This document shows positions 1 through 13,200 of a stretch of 64,000 nucleotides of DNA, in pieces (positions within the stretch are counted from its first letter, which is position 1; each line of letters starts with the position of its first letter). The translations under genes and the position numbers were made by a program. Origin of the DNA: Antedon mediterranea (Eukaryota > Animalia > Echinodermata). Location: assembly GCF_964355755.1 (NCBI RefSeq), contig NC_092674.1, positions 20,708,001 to 20,772,000 of the forward strand, in the 5' to 3' direction. Under the pieces are notes generated by a model that searched no databases, had not been told where the DNA came from, and saw only the letters and a program-made list of their open reading frames with translations.

Positions 1-251
1 ATACGAAATTGGACGGTAAACTCCTTGACAGTTTTGTTGTTGACAGAGTTGTAATTAAATAGACCGACCTCAAGAGAGTCAATTCTGTCTAATTACAAGG
101 TCACTTAGAAGCATCATCAATATTGTGTGTAATGTAATTTTTATTAAAGTAACTGTAGGTGGTCAAAGAAAATAAAATAAGATAAAATAACTGGTGACCA
201 TATAATTTAAATATTATTTTCCAATTAGAATTTTTGAATATTTCAACTCAC

Positions 252-3200
252 CACATATGTATCCATCATCGTGTGCATATTGAGTCTTTGGACATATTGG
301 ACCATGTAAATCAGCATTAAATTCTATCAATTCAACAGCTTCACCTCTGAGATCAAATATGTCACCTGGTGTCAGCACGTTTTGAAGTTGAACAACTTTA
401 GCGATGATACTGTCAATCTTGTCTTTCACTTTATACGCTGATTCTTGTCGACTTACATTTACCATATTAATGGATGTCATATTAGTACTTTTTATTTCAA
501 ATGTTATCTGCCTTAGAAATGATTTGCCATTTGGAGTGAACTCCTGATAGTTGAGGCGCTCTATGTCTGGGTCATCACTACTAATGACTTTCTCAACAAC
601 ATCGTTCAAAGATGCATTTGTTGAATTAGAGGAATCTACTCGGTAAAGTCCTATGGATATTTTGCTGGAGAACTCCGGCATGGATATGTCAAGAACGTGA
701 AGTCTTGCGGGATTAGATAGCTTTTTTCCGTGGTTGTTTGATGCTTCACATACATACCATCCATCTTGGTTAAATGTTGGGCTTAATATCTCAATATTCG
801 AGCCATTCTGACCTGGGATTAGTTCCATATCTGACGAAGAAGCCTGAAAGTACCATTGGTAGTCTGCCAGTGGCCGAGCGGACGCCTGACAAGTGAAATA
901 TGCACCTTCAATATTACCATGTTCGATTACAGTGTCCTGCGGATGCTCGGTGATCAGTGGTGCAAATTCAACTGTGACATGAGATTGCAACGACGAAACT
1001 TTCGTAACTACATTGCTAGCCTGACATGTGTAAAGTCCAGAATTAGATGAATTTACTTGGTTTAAATGCAATGAGTTTGAATTCATTCCACTCAGTATTT
1101 GGCCATTAAACTTCCAACTAAATGTTGGCAATGGGTTTCCAGTGGCTTGGCATGTCAGAGTAATATTCTCTCCTTCAATGGTGGTTAATTTTGGCTCAGG
1201 GTGCTGAGTAATGATAGGAGCTTCTAAACATACATCATTATAGTCTTTAAGAAAAATAACCCGAGATAGTACAATCGTCCCACTTGTTTCTAATTCTTCG
1301 GAACTTGACAAATTACCATTCAGGAACGTTGATACATATTCATCGAGAGCGATGACATTCTGGTAACTCTCTGTACCTTCTGACAAATATTTTAAAGCAA
1401 TCAATTCCGCTGTTAAGCAATCATAAAACCCTTCGCAGTCAGTGATACCACTTGCATTACGAGTATATTGGTCCACAACAGTTTTCCATTTAGTCATCAA
1501 GTCAACCTCAAGTAATGCTTTGGTGTTGTTTGTTTTTCTCTTTGAAGAATCAATAACTTTCGATAACGCATTTTTCTCAACTCCATCACCTGTATTGGAC
1601 TCTTCTAAATCACTCATAGTTAAGTTAAAATATAACAATGCACTCGTATTTACATCACTCGGTGATACTGCTAGTGATAGATTGTACATGTAATCATTCT
1701 GAAACTTTGTTTCCAGCGCTTGTGCATTAGCAACTTTACTGTCATTTAGAATTTCTAGAAGTGTTTGGAACGAATGTTCAATAAAACCCAGTATGCTGTT
1801 ATAGTCTGTGCACCTCTCTTCGTTTTGAATAACGTGTTGATCTCGAGAAAGGCTGCTTGTAATATTGTGATTCAGTGAGTTGTTCATCAGATTATAACTT
1901 ATCCTTTGCATCGGGGGCTGTTCAATAATTGCATTAGTGTCACGTCTATTACGATGTCCAAAACGTCTTTGGGTCACTCCTCTTCTTCTTCTTACTGATC
2001 TTGTTACGTCACCAAACAATTCTTCCGTAATAAAAAGTGCAGCATTTTCAATAGAATAATTTAAATTGTTGGAATCAATAAATACTTGAATCTGCACAGG
2101 AGTAGATGACAACGTTATATAACATAAAAATGGAATCACGGAAGTGTCTTCTTCAACTAGATCAATGTTAAAGTGAAGTTTCTTTAACTCTAAACTTTCT
2201 TCAAGTGATCCGTTTATTTGATGTTGCTTTATATTAAGTCCTGCTTCAACATCTCTTCGTATTTTGTTCAATGCATCCTGGGAATTGTTGAAATGTTTCT
2301 TTAGTATCATAACCCTGTCTGATACTTCTTTTTGCTGGTTCAATGCATCATCGAGATCGATTAGTGCTTCGTTCAATACTGCCTCTGCAACTGATGCACG
2401 TAAAACAGCATCATCAAACTCTTTAATTGGTACAGCAAGGCTATGAGTTTCTTGTTTTATCTGATCAAACGCTCGACTTCGTTGTTTTCGGCATTGTTCA
2501 TTTTCTCGTACACAATTGGCGTCCGGGATATGCACGCTGCAAGGAATATCTTCTGTTTGAAACTTTTCAATTTGACCTATAACTTCTTTCCTAGCACATG
2601 TACTACATGACTGGAACGTAGCTGTTACTAAAACAGTTTTTTGACATTCCTCACAACATTCACCTTTTGAATAGGAATCTCGAGTGCCCTTCTTTATGGA
2701 AATTATAAATGCTATTGTATCTATTACTGCGCTAACAAATCTTTTCAATACAAGATTAACCGCAGCAGTAACAAGCTTTATAGGGTTGAAACTAATGGTT
2801 TTGACGGGCGTTGGTATATAACAAATATCACAGCAGCCGGTCGTCTCAGTAACAACTGTTGATTCATTTTTCTTAATACAACATTCATATGGAACATATC
2901 CGTACACATCTTCTACGTAGGTAACAAGTTTACTTCCGGGTAGACATACACCACTGCATTCATGTATTTCACATACATTGGCCAGGGCTTCTTCTAATTC
3001 TCTTGTATCATGGCTTGAATCTTCAAGTGTTTGGCGTGCTCTTTCAAGTGCGTTGTTTGCAGCATCCAAACTTTTCAAAGCGGACTCATGTTTCTTGCTA
3101 GCTTTGGCGAAGTTATCAATTTGATTGACTTCTTCCTTCAAGGCATCCCGTAATGTTGATGTTGCAATTTTGAGAGAATTTGAAGCTTGGCCAAGTCTTC

Positions 3201-4280
3201 GTTCGCTGTCGTCAACTGATTTTTGCGATAAAGAGATGATTTTGTTTTTCAGTGTTCTTCCTAATGATAATGGGCCTTCAACTGCTGCTTTTCCATTTAC
3301 AGAAATCATCATCGACTCAAACCGTGTCATTCTTGATGTAGCGTTACCAATCACATCAAACAAACCCCAAAGTTTACCAGAAAACCCTAAATAAATCTCA
3401 TCCATTGTCAGGTGCATAGTTGTATCTTGTTCAATTCCAAGTAGTTGTATGTACACTGGTATATTTCCTATCCAATAATTAACGTTGCATGCAAATGATA
3501 ATCTTAATTGCGATCCTGCCGGAACATGGATGAATTGATTTAGTGTTTGAGTAATAAAGTACTCTCCTATCATGCAGACATTAGAAACTGGTTCATTCAT
3601 CTGGTGTTGGTCGATGAGGTGTAGACAATTGTTAAATGAATTGAAAACGTTTATCTCCAACGAAGGAAAACAGAGATGTTTTGACAAACATATGCTGGAA
3701 TTAATGCGAAAACCAGACCCTGATGTACTTTCATGAACGAAAAGATTCTGAACTTCTACAAGAACTCGGTTACTAAGATGCTCTATTCTAGCTGTAACAT
3801 TAATAAGATCAGTTTGCAAATTACTTTTATCACGGCTGCTGGACAGTTTGTCATTAACATTCCAAAGTGTATTTATAATAAATTTACACTTTACACGTAA
3901 CTCAGCCAGAGACATAGCAATCTGTTTCAAATCTTTTTGAGTTAACGCTTGGAAATACTGATTAATATTGTAATTTAAATCCTTGACTGTAGATAGCAGA
4001 TTATAATAAAAGACGTCAAATTCAACAGTCATTAGTTGTTCACATAACGCTTTTAGTTGAGGTGGAATGTTACGAAAACCATTTATAATTTCTGTCATAT
4101 TGCTAAGATCTGATGGAATGTCAAGCTTCGGTGACAAATCATAATCCACAAACACTTCTATAGAAGATGCATGAGTCTTGAGCAGCCAGGAAAAGGGTGT
4201 GTCATCAAAAGATTCAAAAGATGTAGATGATTCCATTGTTATCCCTCGATCATGAGACAAAGGTTCATCTACAAGAAAAC
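252..4280 (-). CDS. Copy A exon 16 (4029 nt): coiled coils, Cys ladder, polybasic site, two Ig I-set domains, start of Cys-rich repeat
   Basis: ORF 214-4260. Ig motifs [17 protein letters not shown]...[10 protein letters not shown] and [15 protein letters not shown]...[10 protein letters not shown]. Ends GYICG|gtgag. Confidence 0.92.
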
Positions 4281-7200
4281 CTAAATTATAAACACATTTA
4301 ACTATTAAAGAATATCTATTGTAATTATTAGAAGCAAAGACAGTATTTCACAATGATATTGGCAGGTAAATAATAATCTGACAACTGTAAATAAAACTTA
4401 CCACCAACACTGACGTACAAACTCGGCCTACCAGCATTATTTGAGATGAAATTCAATACTATGTCTTCACCAAGCATCTTCCAGAATAAGATAATTTTGG
4501 AATATCCGAATTGATGCAACACCAAGCGTTGTATAAATAGATGACTGAATAACTAGAAAATAACATACATACTAAAATGATTTAGGGGAAAAAGGTTGTA
4601 GGACAATTAGCTATTTAAAGCTACCAATTATTTATTGCAACAAGGACAATTTAAGGAAAATGCCTACCTGTGCTACATTTTCTAGGGAAACTTGAACATC
4701 TCCACTACCTTCGACTTTAGCAGATACTGTGTTGTTGATGTAGTAGGAGTATTGCAAATTCATCAAGATGCTAACTTCATCACCTTCATTGTTATAATTA
4801 ACATTTGGATTATGCATACCATTTTTTGAAAAAGCCAGGAAATTGACATTAACTTCAAAGGAACCATCATATTCTATATTCCTGATGTAACTAGAAATAT
4901 CTCGTGAACCTTCTGGAAATACCATCATTACTTCTCCAGTTGTCATTGTGCACATACCCACTATAAAACAGTACTTTCCTTTGAACGATGGTTGTGCCAA
5001 AGATACATGTCTGCCTCCAATCATCAATTCTGCCTTCGAGAGTAATAAGACAGAGTACTGGCCATCACTCACGACGGGTGCAGCTTCACACCACTCAATC
5101 GATTTAATTTCAGCTCCAAAAAGACTCAATGCTGAAAAAGATGCTGTAGCATCCATTGGATCTATGTCAACGGATATAAACGTTATCCAATCTGGGAAGA
5201 CATTTTCAAGTTGACCTGTGTAATTGCGATACAGAGAATTATACCGAACAAAATATTGAATATCATCTAATGTTATGGCTTTACTTTGGCAGTTGTCATT
5301 TTGTAACACTGTCGACATGCTACTTGTTACTATATCTCCGTTAAGACTAAGTGGTAATTCAAACATTCCTGTTGCCAGCGATGTAATTCCTTTGGTCTCA
5401 ACAGCAAAGTTGTTTTTATTTGTCCATTTGTTAGTAGATACATAATATTGTCCTGTGCACGTTGAATAATTCGATAGTACAAAACAACCTGATGGTAATC
5501 GATAGCCTGGTGTAAACATAGTGTCCACATTGTGTGAGCTGTTCTTTAAAACGAATATATTGTCATGGTGTGGTGTAAGAAACGCTGCTGCTTCCCGTCC
5601 TCTTAGGACATATGATATCTTCACAAAACCTTGTCTAACTCCATGAACCGAACACGTAAGGTTATTTAGTTTTGAAGAAAACGATAACGTGTCTGGCTCA
5701 ACAAATACCTTATCAGAATCTGTTTTGATAGTTAGATCAAGCGCTAGCTTTGGCTTAGCAAAAAATTTCAAATCATAAACATCTCCTACCCAAACATCAG
5801 GCCACTCTGGTGTTGTTACGAATCCTTCTGCGCATGTCTTTCCCGTATAACCAGTCCCAGAGCAGTCACATGTATAACCACCTACCGCATTTTGCGACGC
5901 CTGACAAACACCATTTACACATGGCGAAGGAGCACATACCTGGATTTCTAAAATAAAACAAGGTTTGTTGACATTTTTATTGGTATGATGATCTGGCTCG
6001 CTTCGCTCGCGTACCATCTAGGTCGTTCCCGCATATGGTTCTCGAATACACAGTAATTTCAGGGTAACAAAACTGGCGATTTCAAATGTACGTTCCGCAG
6101 GACTATAATACTATAATTGTCGTATACAGAAACGAATAAATAGACACGATGATTTATGTAGTCAACTAAAATTAGCACCCTGGGAATTACTTCCGAAGGA
6201 GAAATTTATCACAAAATGAGTCAACATTTTTGATTTGGACTCATTTAAAGAAATTTGTTGTAACATTAGGGTTGAGGGATGGGAAAGCGGATAGGTACAA
6301 AGAGGAACAATTTTTAAATATATTCTTTATCCACTCAGTAACGAAAGATTTTTTTCATGTTTTATACACCTATAAATAATATACCTCTAAATACAGTAAA
6401 ACATTTGCGATTTAATACTTTGTTAAAACTGTCACTGTCATAATCGATTGAAATATTAAAGTACATGTCACGATACACCACTACGACGTTTATATTGTTG
6501 GTAATTATTAATTAATACAAACGTTGAGAAGGAACTGTCAGTATAAAGTGTATGTGTATATAATAATGTGTTTATATATCTAACAGTAGAGCCTATCCAC
6601 AATCTCAGTAATAACGTTAATTTGTATATATTTTTATATTACATCCAACAGTACGAACATTCACAGTAAGAAATGTTCGATTCAAATGAGGACCAAAAAT
6701 AGTTAATAGGTACAGTATTTACAGTATTGCTCAAGTTTATTCTCAAAGGGCCCATATATTTACCAACCGTATGTGTTAAACCAAGGGCTCATAAATCTAC
6801 CTACTTGTGTTAAACCAAACTCTGGCAGACCGAGAGATTGGGATGTTCCATTCATCGCAAATCAATACATTTGTATAATCGTATATTAAATCTATCAAAA
6901 TAGTATTTTTTTAAGAAAATCGGCCTGTCTTCAACATTAAGATGCTGTACTCTAGCTGTTCAACGAATTTTCAGCTATTAAAAACAATTATCGTAGGAGG
7001 AGATATGAAAATGCCAAGCCTCCTCGCATTTTTGTGGCGGATATTTTTCAAGATGGACATCCATTAGACAGTGTATACCACGATCGGAAAACACCCCTAT
7101 TTGGGGCAAATCGTTGAACCTAAATTCATTTTAATCGTCAATAACTAATTATCTAACTTAATTTAATTAGTAAACAGGGTTACATCAGGTGGTTAAAATC

Positions 7201-10200
7201 AGTACCGAAAGTACGAACCAACTTTATATACCATCGAGTAAAAATTCTAGAAGTAAGGCGCGATTTACCGAATTTTGCCCTTACGTAAATTTATATATAG
7301 AAGCCCAGCGTCCTCAGTGTTTGCAGACGACACACGAGTAAAGCGGGCAATGTTATGATTTTCACAAGATCGGTCGGTAGCTAATTTTGTATCACCTTGC
7401 ATTATTTTGAAGTTCGGCACTTCCGTTTGTCCGTAGACATAAGTTTTATTTTCGAATTACGATTTCCATTTGTTGTATAAAATATGTAAGAAAATGTTAA
7501 TTCAATTGGTTTACAACATCTTACCAGAACATTTTGGAAAGGTGCTATTCCAGTTTCCAGATATTAGACATTCCGTCACAGTATTTCCTTCCAAGAAATA
7601 TCCGGAATCACAGCCAAAACTGCACTGACTTCTGACATCATTTTCGCATGGAAATTGGACGTAACCATTGCGAGGCGATGGAACTTTGGAACATAGAATT
7701 TCTACAAGACATTTACATAAAAGCACATTGTGTCAAGTATAAGTTTTAAAAACATAACAAACTAAAATGATTAGTTATAGTTATATTAATTTAATTCAAT
7801 TTGTGAATATTAACATTTTTAACATTGGCCACATCTCACAAACATTTTTTAAATCAAAGAGCAAGAAATTCCCCAATTGCTCTCAAGCAATATTAACCTA
7901 CATCCTTAATTTGTGGACATACAGTCGTAATTGTGTGTCTACTTAGGTAATTTCCTTATCAAATTAAGGAGCTTATTAAAGCATACATTAATGAATAGAC
8001 GGATATACATCAGGTTGAGATCAAATGTTTCATGTCTTTTGCCGACAGAGCACAGGCCGCCTACAAAATAAAAAAGGCTTCTTAGCGGCGCGCACATGGG
8101 GCGTAATTACCAACGAAAATCATAATGTATCCCAGTGCCAGTAGTATTGTGAATGTAGGCCTAAAGGAAGGAAAACGGCGATGATGATATGTGCACTAAA
8201 TCGCCGTGCGACATTCAATCATTCCCGATTGCCTTGTTGGAGTACAACAAATATCAGACTGGATATGTACACACTGTAGTATTAGGCCTAGTAGTACCGG
8301 TAGTACTAGTACAGTAAATAGTATACGGTAAATTGGGTCTACTTCCAAAACGAGCGTAGTAGTAGGGAGTAACGTATCGCCACTATACATAGCCAGTCAA
8401 CAGGTCAGGGATCGCAGGCCCGGTGATTGGCTGTGACGTAGATTACATAACCACTAGCATATCCAGGCACTACAATATAAATATAATTGCATCGATAATT
8501 AAGGAGATTCATGTAACAAGGCCATATACATGTCTGCAGTCGCCTGCGAAAATTTGAGTTAGTGTTTTCGACCGACCGACCAACCGAGCAACCGACAGAC
8601 ATAGTGAGATGTAGAGTCGCGTTTGCAAGCGACTAAAAACCACTGCTTAGCCATAATTATATTAAAAACACGTTTATTGTACTGCACACAACCAAACACG
8701 GTAACGACATACTTGGTCAAATGTATAATTACAGCATTTCGGCAACTTTTCATGTTCAAGAGTTAAATGATGTTTAATCTATTTTAGCCACATACCTTCA
8801 CAACTTGTTAGTTGGCCACTCCAAACACCGTTTGATAGACATTCTCTATCATCAGATCCCAATAAGCGATAATTCCATTTGCACTCAAAGACACACGTTT
8901 CTCCTGTTGTGAATCCAGTACACGAGCGATTGCCATCAAAAGGTACACCGATTTCAACACAAGGGTTTGCTGTTTTAATTAATACATAGCAATGTAATAT
9001 TAGTTTATAATAAATATAATAATTATTTCATAGAATTTTTTTATTGTTAATATTTCATTTCCTAAAAGATAATCAATAGGACACTAGCCGTGGCAAAAGT
9101 ACAAAAAGGGTTTTAAAAATGTATCATTGTTCGAATAACAACAATTATAAAGGAAGTTGAAGTGAGTTAAAAAACCATTTTCAGTACAGGTTCAAATCTC
9201 ACACGCACGCATTAGGTGAAACTCGGGCCTAAGTTTTCAGAGGCATTGGCCCACTTGAGGGTGCGGGAGCGAAAGGAGCGAATCCTCTAGTTTAAAGCAA
9301 AAAATAGTAAAATTGACTGAAAGCCAATGGGTTTTTTATTGAATAATAATAATAATTTATTTTTATAAGTGAAACATTATTTTTTTGAGTTTTTTACGGA
9401 AGTGACTAACTTAAAACAGCAAAATGGCATAATCAACATTTTAGTTTTTTTCCATCTTCATTTTTCATGTTTTTGGGGGACAATAGGCCTACATCTTAAA
9501 ATTACGCATTTGCAGTATGCAGTGAACTTCAGTCGTACCCGTGCAGCCTTTCATATCATTATCAAGTGTCCACCCTTCATGACAATCACAGCTGAAGCTA
9601 CCAATTGAGTTGGAACATTGTTGCGCACATTCGTCTATTCCAACAAAACATTCGTCAATATCTGATAAAATAAACAGACATGCGATGGCGTTTACATTAT
9701 TGTTTCCATGTATATTCTTAACAACTCAAAACATTTATTTTGTATGTTTGTTCTAATAGTTGAACTATCAAAACTTAATAAAATTGTTTGCATATTGGAA
9801 GAAACTTGATTAACCAACAAATACTACTAGGTGGTTGTGATGGTGGAAAGATACAGTACAACGTATAATAGTAATAATAGAAACATTACATATAGTACCA
9901 TTTATAAGCAGGAGCAAAAAATAAAAACACTTTAATGTATTTGTATACATTATATTTCATACCTTCACAATTGTATGAATCATATGCTTCATACCCTGCG
10001 TTACAAATACACTCAAAACTACCAGGTGAGTTTGTACAATTGTGACAATTAGCGTAGGAACATTCATCAACATCTAGAAAAAAATACATTGGCGATTAAA
10101 GAAATCATTATATGTATTTTGTGGAGACTGTTGATCAAGCCAGTTATTCACTTACTTACACAGTGGTTTCGTGAAGTTAATATTTCTGAACTGTTAATGG

Positions 10201-13200
10201 GATTTAAATCAAGACGAAAACTTGTATTGATATGTCAGAATAATAATTACTTGGTATTCGCCAACTGGGCCTCATTAGATAGCCAAGCCAAACGTATTGT
10301 TGAAACGAAAGTTGCCGATGTATCTGTGAGGACAAGAGAATCTTCTTAATGGGAAGGGCACTGTAATTCGCGGCTGCAGTCATAAAAGCGTGTGTTGTGA
10401 TTACATTACCTGTGCAGGTATTGGTGCCAGAATATCCATCGTCGCAAGAGCATCTAAATGTGCCATGAAGGTTTTCACAAAAGTGTTCGCAGTTACCATT
10501 GTTCGATAAGCATTCATTGACATCTATTATCAAAAGTAAAAAAAAAAGATAATTGAGAAAAGCGAAATATTACTAATCGTATTGTTTTCAAGATAAGCAA
10601 TCCCATAGCCAGTATTTTTTGTTTACAGTGGATTTGTATTTTCACAAAGGGGGAAAATCGTCGTAAACTGCTAGGCTAGAACATGTATTTGTCTTTTTAC
10701 TGTTACCTACGGATAAATTGGTGTCTGGTTTCAATGGTTTCAATTTATTTATCGAACACAAAAAGTAAAACAGGTGATAAAATAAGAAGTATTGTGAACG
10801 AAAGGAAGACCACTAAGAGCATTCTTCATTTGTCTTCCTCCTCTGCCTACGGGCTATATAAAATACACTTGGAATTGGCAATTTCTTCTATTCAAAGAAA
10901 AAGATACCAAAATGCCAGTTCGTTTTTTTTTGTGCCACGCTATGTGACACTGAAACATGCTCTTCTCCGTGATTCTAAGTGCCAAATGGATAAGAATGGA
11001 AGCAGCAAAATAAATGATAATTGAATATTGATAATGTTCCATTCCAGATTGAATACTCAAATCTAGTCGTGTCCACCTCGTTTTGAATGAACAGTCAAAC
11101 ACTAATAGAAATGTACATTCCATTGAACTCATGAAGAGTCATTGTTTTAATAATACAGTACTTACTGGTGGATACATTTTATCTAATTGATTCTATTTGT
11201 ATAATATTTAAATAAAATACAAATATTGAAAACCACTAAAAATAGATTTAGGTATTTTACCAATTTCACATCTATCGCCTTCATATGTATCGGGGCATTC
11301 ACAATTGTTAGGTCCTACACAGTTACCGTTGTTCTCACATGATGGATCGCAGATGGCTACAAAAAATACAAACTAATTTAAATGTGTTTAATATAATATT
11401 TCAAACATTGTTTTCAAACCTTTAAAGATGTACTGTCCCCAAATAAACATTAAATAAATCAGACTTTGGTTCTGTAGAAAAAATGAAACTATTAAATTAT
11501 ACAATGTTTTGCTTTAAATTAGGCCTACACCAGATAAGTACATTTTTTCGATCCAATTTGTGGTCAAAGTGGATAACTACTATGTGACATAAAAATGGCA
11601 TATTCAACAAAAATGTTTTTAAGAATGTTTTCTACATTGTACATCTTTGAAGGTTTGAAACGACATTGCATTTGCTCTCAACTCCGCCGTTTATTCTTTT
11701 TTGATTGAATTATTATGTATAATCACGTTATTCATGGCGAATTACGACGAGTCGTTTTCTATGTTTATATTATTACAGCTTTTACATTTTAAACAAGTTT
11801 TGATACTTATTATACAACTCTTTAGCCGACGTACGTAAACAATCCGTAAGCCTTGATAGTACATATCCATCCCGACACCCGCACTGAAATCCTCCAAACG
11901 TGTTGGTACAAACATGTGCACATCCACCATTATTTGTCCAACACTCATTTACTTGTGAAAAATGAAAAACATAATGGTTTTTAAATTCTTTTCTCTCCGT
12001 TATAGAAGAAGTATGCAATGGCTAATTCGTTCTAAAAAAATTATCATAAAATAATTACAATCCTGTTGGTGCAGTACCCGCTGCTTACTTGGGCTCGAAT
12101 CTAACCACTAGCCATCAGCGCAAGCTCGGTGGTCAAGAGGTATGAACGGCAGGCTAGTGATCTGGAGGTCGTGGGTTCGAGTCCCACCCGAGAACTACTT
12201 GCGAATTTTTTCGCAAGTATTCTCAAATGTACTTAGTATAAAGTACAAATTACGTCAGAGTTGGGCAAAACCTCTACAGTGCTTACTCAACTCCCTGACG
12301 CGAAAACTATAATTACAATCCGGTTGGTGCAGTACCCGCTGCTCACTTGGGCTCAAATCTAACCACTAGCCATCAGCGCAAGCTCGGTGGTCTAGAGGTA
12401 TGAACGCCAGGCTAGTGATCTGGAGGTCGTGGGTTCGAGTCCCTACCGAGAACTACTTGCGAATTTTTTCACAAGTATTCTCAAATTTACTTAGTATAAA
12501 GTAAAAATTACGTCAGAGTAGGGAAAAACATCTAATTACTCAACTCCCTGACGCAAAAACTATAATTACAATCCTGTTGTTGTAGGCAGTAGGCCTACCC
12601 GCTGCTCGATTCTAACCACTAGCCATCAGCGCAAGCTCGGTGGTCTAGAGGTATGAACGCCAGGCTAGTGATCTGGAGGTCGTGGGTTTGAGTCCCAAAA
12701 CTATAATTACAATCCTGTTGGTGCAGTACCCGCTGCTCGAATCTAACCACTAGCCATCAGCGCAAGCTCGGTGGTCTGGAGGTATGAACGCCAGGCTAGT
12801 GATCTGGAGGTCGTGGGTTCGAGTCCCTACCGAGAACTACTTGCGAATTATTTCGCAAGTATTCTCAAATGTAGCCTACTTAGTATAATGTACAAATTAC
12901 GTCAGAGTAGGGCAAAACATCTAATTACTCAACTCCCTGACGCAAAAACAATAATTACAATCACATTTCTAGTTGTAATTTTATTTATTTTATTTTTATT
13001 TATTCGACTTCTCACTAACTCAGTTAGTGAAGGATCTGGACCAACAGGTGGTAAACACCTCTAAAACGGTCCAGTCCCAATTTGCACAGTGGCTGTGTGT
13101 GACAGTGGCTGTGTTTGTGTGGACTAGTACACCGGGGTAACCCCCTACTCGTCTCGAAAGATGTACTAGGTTCTTTAAAGTGCGCATGAGCTATGTGTAC

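Noticed and set aside
856-5214. Plus-strand ORFs overlapping exons 14-16 (and equivalents at 31767-36131)
   Set aside because: Antisense shadows of the coding exons with no independent features.
12124-12835. Bona fide tRNA-Thr(AGT) gene cluster
   Set aside because: The acceptor stem is incomplete and most units have a disrupted T stem, so it is reported as tRNA-like only.
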